64,000 bases of DNA from contig NW_027192201.1 of the NCBI RefSeq assembly GCF_041956535.1, forward strand, positions 359,202-423,201. The letters run 5' to 3'. Under the pieces are notes generated by a model, which was not told the origin of the DNA, ran no database searches, and was given only the letters and a program-made list of their open reading frames with translations. The stretch is from Calcarisporiella thermophila CBS 279.70 (Eukaryota; Fungi; Calcarisporiellomycota). The position numbers were made by a program, and so were the translations under genes. Below, piece by piece: positions 56,116 to 64,000 of this stretch (within the stretch, counting starts at the first letter, position 1; the number at the start of each line of letters is the position of its first letter).

Positions 56116-56647
56116 TCTGATTGACTTTACTAGATTTTAACGCGTCCTGTGTGCTAAATCCGATATGTGAAGGGTAGAAAAATTCTGAATCGTATGGTGG
56201 CTTAGCTAATTTACCCTAATACTAAACTTCAAGTTAGCTTCCCAACAATTGTATACTCTGTTCAACCAAAGTGATCTTATTTGCAGAAAGGCTTAGTAAT
56301 AATAACATTCTCATGGTAAGCATCTCTTTTGGTTTGCACAAATTAATATATTATTTTGTATTCGAGGTATGAGAAAAATCATATATATAAATGAAATACC
56401 TCGTGGATCTCCTATTTATTCATAATTCACGTTGAAATCAAAATGATATGTAATCAGTGCTTCCCTTACTATGTAAAAATATGAATATCAATGTTTTGCA
56501 GCCATATATTAAAAAAATTTCTTATTTACAAGAGGTGAGTATGAGAAAAAAGGAGCTCATCCATGTCTAATACATTCAGAACATAGACTCTAGCAATAAC
56601 AGCTTGCACAATGGGTGATCAAGAGAAGTAATAATTGGAAAAAGACA

Positions 56648-57002
56648 TCAAGATTTAATTCTATTCACAGCTTGAAAATTAAAGATTCCTCTCATCCAGG
56701 TCTTAATTCCTTCGATTGCTTTTCCTTTCTCATTGGCAATTCGCGCTGCAGTGGTTCCTCCTCTTGCAGCTCTTAGAATATGAGAGCCGATGCCCCAGAA
56801 AAATCCATTTAGAAATGGCATTAATACATGATCACGCATAGTAATAATTAAAACTCGCGCAATCCAACTCGACTCGCGATGTGTCTGTTTTTTTGCATCC
56901 TCTATATCATGCTCATATTTTTTTTTGGAGTCGAAGATCTGGGATCTTGTCCACGGGCAAAATATTGTCCAGGTGATGTATGTGACGATCTTGCGATGGC
57001 AT
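56648..57002 (-). CDS. Probable Mim1/Tom13 mitochondrial outer-membrane insertase; apparent 1-nt frameshift in an A9 run
   Basis: HVLMPFLNGFFWGIG resembles Mim1 NLxLPFINGxMLGFG. The ATG at 57002 joins this frame only if the A9 run (56918-56926) is A8. Confidence 0.6.
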
Positions 57003-57193
57003 TTCTCTGAGTGGGAATCTGTAAAATATCAAATCAGGTAGATTTAAATTAATAAAGAGTATATGACGTTAAAGTAGTTACGTCAGTATATTTAATTAAT
57101 TTTTCGTGTTTTTTTCAACGCGGTTTCTTTCGGGTTTCTTTTTCTAATATTCCAGCGCGGAATCATTCAGCCTTTCCTGTCGAAGCTCATTTT

Positions 57194-60100
57194 ATGTCGT
57201 TACCTTTTGATCAAAGTAAAGATTTGTTTCCTATAGGAGATGTAGATCAGAAAATGATTCCCAAACGAAATAAACCTTTGTCGCTTTCTCTGAGGAAAAA
57301 GAGCTTGGAAATCAGACCCTCTAATACTTTAGAGGTAATTTATATGAGACTTTTACCAACTCCTTCTGAAATAGATATCTCTATTATTACATAGTTTATT
57401 TATATTCTTCTACTTTTGTTCTGTACTTATTCCCTTGTAGAATCTATGGAAACGTGACCGAGAAAATTTGCAAGATTCTTCGCCTCTCAAGCGAGCCAAA
57501 GTACTCCCAAGAATCTAGCTATATTTTCATCTAATTGTCATCCTGTAAATGTTAATACCTACTTAATTTTTCTTAGATCGGAACATCTAGTACGATGATC
57601 CCTAATGACACAATCTCATTTAAGGAGCGACTAAGTGTAGGGGAATGTCCTGTGTGCAATACAACTTTCCACAGTGTGCTCATTAGTGAACTCAATAATC
57701 ACGTGAATAATTGCTTGGGAAATGATAAACCTCAAGCAATTGTTAGTGCTACTGGCTCGTCAATAACAGGAGTTGCCAATGAAGAATCTGTTGAGGCCAT
57801 GTTAGGCAGTTTCAAGGAAAATTTCGACTCTTCGCTGGACTTTACGATGATAGAATCAGAGACAGTAAATTTTATGCTTGCAGTCTTCTTAGGGAAGCTC
57901 CTAATTCTTTTGCATACGATCTATTAGCCTGATAGAATGGATTCGGATATTGACAATCCGACGATTTGTCCAGAAACTTCACAGGAGCAAGAGCTCTCCA
58001 AATCTACTGAGTCATCTAGTTGCAAAGCCGTTCTTAAGGAAAAGCCTATAGATGACTCAGAAAACTGCCTAATTCAGCAAAAACAACTGCGAAATACCAT
58101 CATTGTTGAAGATGATCAGATCAATTTCGTCGCTTCGACTAGTGAGAAAGAAAATCAATTTCCGCAGGTTCCGTCCCTCTCCACAAAGAAAAAGCCGCCA
58201 GTCAAAGGTGGTGAGGACATGTTCACACGGGATCAAGTAAAAGATTGGTCTCCGGCGCGTATCAAAGCCTGGGAGGCTCGATATTCAAATGCAGAAATGT
58301 TTTACTACCGGTTTGTCGGTAAGCCGTCGATTTTTTTTTTTTTGATGTTATAAATGGCTTGAGATTTTCTTCTGTCTTTAGATCCCGGTGAATATCAGAT
58401 CAACGGCAGTTTTACCAAGAAAGACCACGATGCATTCATGAAGAGATTAGAGGAATGGAAAGAGAAGGGCTATAGAATTGGATCTTCATGGGGAATCTTC
58501 AGCATGGGAGTCCCTCACAGAGTATTTATAATATTGAATATTCTAAGTATCAATCCAGATGGTCATAGTTCTCTATTAAATTTTTTCCATAGGCTGGCTA
58601 TCAATGCAGTAGCTACTACCGAAAATTGATTGAACAAGGAAAACTTAAAGATGAAAGTTATGCTATGATAGAAGGAAAGCTCCAGATGGTGAATAAGGCA
58701 CGTAACTTGGGAGGAGAGGTTGCTACCAGTAAATTAAGTGACGCTTGGCAAACGCCTGAAGTGAAGGAGATTGAGGCAAATGTGAATGAATGGTTGAAAG
58801 AGTTTCATGGTCGAAGCGGGTAAGTATCCATCTCTTATGATCTCCGAGCGTTTACAATATAACGTATTTTAATTTATACTAGCGAGAGCATCCCTCAGCG
58901 GGTTAGGAGAATTCCAGCTGCTAGAAGTACGTCAGCAAATGCGTCTCCTCGACCCATTTCACAGCGCAAGCTCGGTGGAAACTTGCGCCCTCTGATGCCT
59001 GGAGAAAATTATATTGATGATGACGACGATTCTTTCCAATCCTACAAAGAAAAATTGGAGAATCGCAAACGAAGATTCATTGCGCGGCTTGATATGTCTT
59101 CAAGATTGGAAGAGTACCGTCAATTTTTAAGGTAAAATTTGATATACTGTAGTCCCTTTTAAAGCTAATGTTTAAAATGGAATGCCATACAGTGTGAATG
59201 CGCATCTGCCTCAAGCTTGTAGACGGTTTGTACCCGTCATATGCCGCACAGGGGATTTCCGTTCCGTTTCAAAGGCTTGGGAAGTGCCTACCCCCGAGAC
59301 CTACACCTATGAGCCGAAAGAAAGATCCTTTTCCAGTATCTTCTCTCCTTTCTACAAGGTATATATATGCATTTGATTACCTGGGGATTTGTATTTACTC
59401 TCTTATGTGTCAGGTAAAACCAAAACGGATAGAGGCCCCCGATCCATTGCAAGTCATTATTCCAAAAGAACCTGCGCAGTGGGGGGTGAAGATGATTACA
59501 CCATTATCTCTTCTGAATTCCATGGGGGACAAGAATAAACTGAGTGAAAACATGTAACTATCTAACTACTAAATGTTAAACGAGTTGTTGCTCAATTTTA
59601 TGATATATAGTTATCTGGAGGTGGATGACATGCTTAGTCTGAACTTGGATACAATTTCCACTGAAGCAGGGCAGGAGCGTTTCGATTTTCAGGGTGTGCT
59701 AATCGACCCACCGTGGGATTTTTACCTTAAAGATGATCTCCATGATGGGAACTGCTATCTCACCATTCCTATGTTTGTAAGTAGTCAAGATTTGCCATTG
59801 CAATTATATTTGATGCATTTATGTTATATGCTTTGATTTTAGGCCTCTATAATTGAGAAGACGACTCAGTATATTAAAAGTGGTATATTTTTTGTGTGGA
59901 CTCATAAGCTACTACAAGATTCGGTGTTGAAGGTGATGGACTTCTATGGTAGGTTTCGTTTAGTTTTTTTGTCTTTACTCTTCCGCCAAACAGTCTGTAA
60001 CGAGATCTCGGTCTTATTATTTTAGACTGTAAATATGTGGAAAACCTCGTTTGGTATAAGAAATGCATCAACAATGCGAACCTTGACCGTGTTTCTCCGC

Positions 60101-60837
60101 ATTTCAGGGTGTCGAAAGAGATTTTACTTATGTTCAAGAAGGTAGCGTTCTACTTTTTTTTTTTACTCTTGATCATCCAAAATAAGCTGTGTGGTTTGAA
60201 ATAGGGCGACGACTTTGAAATGAGACATCAGAGAAGCGCAGATGTAATTATTGATTTTGAGACCCCTCCTGAACTCTGGTCTCAAGAAGGCAAGTATTTA
60301 ATGGCTTCTTCCTTTCTGTCAGATCATTTCATTGCATGCAATTTTTTTTACACATAGAATACACTATGCCAAAACCAGTAGAAGTATATCAAATGATTGA
60401 AACACTTCTTCCAGCTGCTTCCTACGATGCAAGTAAGGGTCGGGGGCGATTGCTTGAATTGTAATTTTTCCTACATTTTATTGTTATCATTCTGTCTTTT
60501 ACTTTAACTTACCCCTCGTATACCTTCACTTAGATGGGCAAAACGTTCTAGCCCGCGACGAAAAGGATGGATTGCGGTTCACCAACGAAAATCTCCTAGA
60601 GCTCAACTTTGTCAACCACTGGATACTGATGTGAAGGAAGAAATTGGGGAATCAGAATTTGAGGAGGAGTTACCACTTGACGTTATACCTCTAGACGATG
60701 TGCTTATAGATTTTGATGTTGCAGATCTTGCCTCAAGTCCGCCCGTTGAAAGCAAACCAGATACTCCGTGTGGAGAGCAGGAAACAATAACGCGAGATTT
60801 TATTGAAATCGAGAAGAATATGTGTGATCTCAATTAA
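57194..60837 (+). CDS. UBZ-like finger + p1-like Myb domain + MT-A70 (MTA9/AMT6-7-like) adenine methyltransferase, 15 exons
   Basis: CPVC..LNNHVNNC; FYYRFVDPGE..NGSF...WGIFSMGVPHRAGYQCSSYYR; LIDPPW (DPPW 59705-59716), FFVWTHK, YVENLVW, SKEILLMFKK, RHQRSADVI, KP..VY.MIETLLP, LLELWA. One continuous frame can be built. Confidence 0.85.
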
Positions 60838-61153
60838 GCCTGTATAGAAACTTATTTGTTGTGTGATTATTATTATTTCATCTTATACAATAATTTGACT
60901 GCATCCTTGACACCTTATTTATTTCAATCCCCCAGTTGAAATAAATTAGATGTAGATTTCAAGTCAGAAAGCATGTGTTGTACCTATCTGAAATTCGAAG
61001 AGTCTGTGGCGAAAGCTGATTGGCAAGGGATAAAAAATATCATTGCTCTATTTCTCTTTATTACCTCTCAATTGCTTCGTTAGCTTACAACAGATTAGCA
61101 AGTGAAAAAGGGAGGGAAAAGATTAAAACGGCCACTCCTTTACTCCACACACC

Positions 61154-63785
61154 ATGGCGAACTATAACTATGACGAGAATGGGGCTACGTTCAATTACTT
61201 TAGTTTGACACTGCTAGCCCTCTTCCTCGTTCCATCTACATATTCTCTCTTCACCTATGGCTCTCAAGGTAGTGTGATTTTGGCCCTCACAGCTGTGATT
61301 TAGATTCGATCGCTAATCTTTCACTTCTCTAAGATTCCAAGAAGGACAAATTAACGTGTCCTTGTACCGAGTGCAAGGAGAAACGCGCTCGACAGAAACG
61401 CCTCCGCGGCTCGTCCAAACAGATTTTAAAAAGGTAATTGACTAAAAACGCTACGCTGGAATAGCTTGCTAAAGAATCCACTACATGTGTAGACTTCTAC
61501 TTGTTTCAATCGGCTGGGCTCTCTTTTCTTATTTCGCTTATCGTGCTGCCAACACCAAAGTTGAACTAAAGTTATGGGATCCTTACGAGATTCTTGGACT
61601 TAGCGAGGTGAGGCTTGGTCGCCCATTACGATACCTTCATGGTGCGCATTGGCTAATGTCATCTCGAAATTTATTAGGGAGCGACAGAATCACAGATTCG
61701 TAAAGCCTATAAAAAGCTCAGTAAACAATGGCATCCAGACAAGGTCTCAGAAGACTTAAAAGAGGAGGCAGCAACCAAATTTGTGGAGATAAACAAGGCA
61801 CACAAAGCGTACGTGGGTTGAGTGATTTCTCGGTAGGATAGTTTAACAAATATATGTATACGTTACAGACTAACCAACGAGGAAATGCGAAAGAACTTTG
61901 AAGAGTGGGGTCATCCCGATGGAAGACAAGGTACTTACTTTTCCATCGTAATTCAATGTAGCTTCAGCTAATCTGACAAAACTCGGATTTTTAATCTAGC
62001 CTTCACGGTGGGAATCGCACTACCTAAGTGGCTAGTAGAAGCCGAATACAATGTTTTTGTTATTGGTGTATATGCACTTGGCTTCGGAATATTACTGCCT
62101 GTGCTCGTGGGTCGTTGGTGGTACGGCTCTCAAAAATACAATAAGGATAAGATCATGAATGCCAGTATGTCGAGATATTTCAAAGAGACAAGAGAGAATT
62201 CGTCGGTACATCGTAAGTGAATTGGATATATTATAAAATCTCTTTTGAGCGTGTGTGATGATAGAGATTCTTTTAGGTTTACTTGCGGTTCTGTCCACCT
62301 CCGTTGAATATCAAGTTCTTTACGATTCCAAGCCGACCAACAACAAGGCGCTTGCCAAATTGAAGGAGCAAGTAGAGGAAGAACTCGAAACCCGCTATGG
62401 TGAAAAGATGGATATTAATGAACGGGTATTGATTCCGCAGTCCATAGTCTCTTTATATCTACTAAGTTTTCTATTTCTCGCTAGTTTGCATCTCCAGCTG
62501 CCGAAAAGGCACTTGTGTTATTATATGCACATATGCTGAGACTAAAGGTTTCGGACACCGAGTTGGAAAAAGGTGTGTTTTTATTTGATGAACTGCAGAC
62601 GATTATTTATATCTGACCCTAAATATTACTTGGTGTGTTAGATCAAATGATAATTGTGGAGAAGGCGATTCATTTGATTCTCGGAATTTTGCAAATCGCG
62701 CTGGCGCATAACTGGTTCGACACAAGTGCACACTGCATGGAGCTTTCACAGGTGAGTTTTTTTTTTATAGGAGCTGTGCTCTTCTGGAGCAAACTGATTC
62801 GCCCTGATTTTTCTAGTATCTTGTCCAAGCTCTGCACCCTCAAGATCCACAACTCCTACAGCTCCCTCATTTCAACTCCCAGCTTTTGCGGGTGTGTAAG
62901 AACCGCAAGCGCCCAATCCGTACGATTGCACAACTCGCAGAAATTCGAGAGGACGATCGCAACGCTATGCTTAAGCTTGAACCAAGAGACAGTGCAGATG
63001 TGACATCAGTGATGAAGGGGCTTCAGCACGTGGAGTTGGTGAAAGCTTACTTCAAGGTTGCCGGATACGACATTATCATTCCAGGAGCCATTGTTACTTT
63101 TCTCGTCAAACTTAGACTTTCGACGCCGGCAGCCAATGGACACATCAAGGGCGAAGTACCCGCTGGAGTAGAGGAAGAAGAGGATGAAATTGACACAGTA
63201 GATCTATTGTTGTCCGGCAAGAAAAAGAAGGAGGAGAGCGAGGTGAAGGCCCATGAAGTACATGCACCCCATTTCCCTGGCGGAAAACGCCCTGGCTGGT
63301 GGATTTTCCTTGCGGATCCAAACTCGAACCGTATCCTGGTACCTCCCGTCAAAGTGACAGACGTCACGACCTCGGGGAAGGTAGTTCGTATTCAGTTCCC
63401 TGCACCCAATCAAGCCGGCCTGTATGCTTTCACCTTGTTCGTGAAGAGTGACAGCTACATCGGAGCAGACATACAGCAGGACGTAAAGTTGCACATCGAA
63501 GAAGCGTCGGCACTGCCTCCTGAACCAGAGCCCGAGGATGATATTTCCGAACCTGATGAGGATTCAATTGCCGGTCAAATGGAGCTTATCCGCAAACAAG
63601 GATTCGTTGCGGCGGCAATTGGTGGGTCACAAGGAAAAGACGCCGCCAACAAGGGCAAACAGGTTCAAGCCCATGACGAGGACGATGAGACCGAAACAGA
63701 GAGTGAGGACGAAGACGATGGACATGGGCATCACCATCATCACCATCACCACCATGATCATGAATGCGATTCGGACGATGATTAA
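61154..63785 (+). CDS. SEC63: ER translocon subunit Sec63
   Basis: NYNYDE N-terminus, WDPYEILG..WHPDK J domain, GHPDG, GIALPKWLV, Brl domain, KSDSYIG, acidic tail. Confidence 0.95.
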
Positions 63786-64000
63786 AGGGCTGTACTCTTC
63801 CTTTTCATTCTATATTTTGATTAATTTTTTTTTTCTTGTGTTTTTCGGTATTAATAAAACAAAGATTTTTCAGTTCCTCTTGGTTGATGGCCTTTTTACT
63901 AATTTTCCAATTAAGATGGGGAGAATGGAAATTAATTTCATTTTGAGATTTGTTGAGGGCAGTTTCAGCGTGTAATATTCTTTTGGTCCATTTTCATTAC

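Overview
Gene-dense, intron-rich eukaryotic DNA with short introns. Gene content (division-1 chitin synthase, Whi3/Scw1, PPG1, MGM101, MIM1, plus WDR62/MAPKBP1, coilin-like and PanK-DUF89 genes) points to an early-diverging (Mucoromycota/Zoopagomycota-like) fungus. I reconstructed about 31 protein genes by eye across introns, plus one tRNA-Asn(GTT). Three things stand out. (1) Directly upstream of the tRNA lies a head-to-tail stack of at least five solo-LTR-like elements from several families, each junction carrying the same 4-bp AGTC spacer. Poly(A)-tailed non-LTR retroelement fragments have inserted into two of these LTRs at nearly the same distance from the LTR end. (2) A 15-exon gene appears to fuse a p1-like Myb domain and an MTA9/AMT6-7-like MT-A70 domain with an intact DPPW motif, i.e. 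two subunits of the ApT 6mA DNA-methyltransferase complex in one chain. (3) A ~650-nt intergenic block at 12.5-13.2 kb is densely base-paired and may be an unannotated ncRNA. Exon boundaries and family assignments come from manual reading and remembered motifs; no database searches were run.
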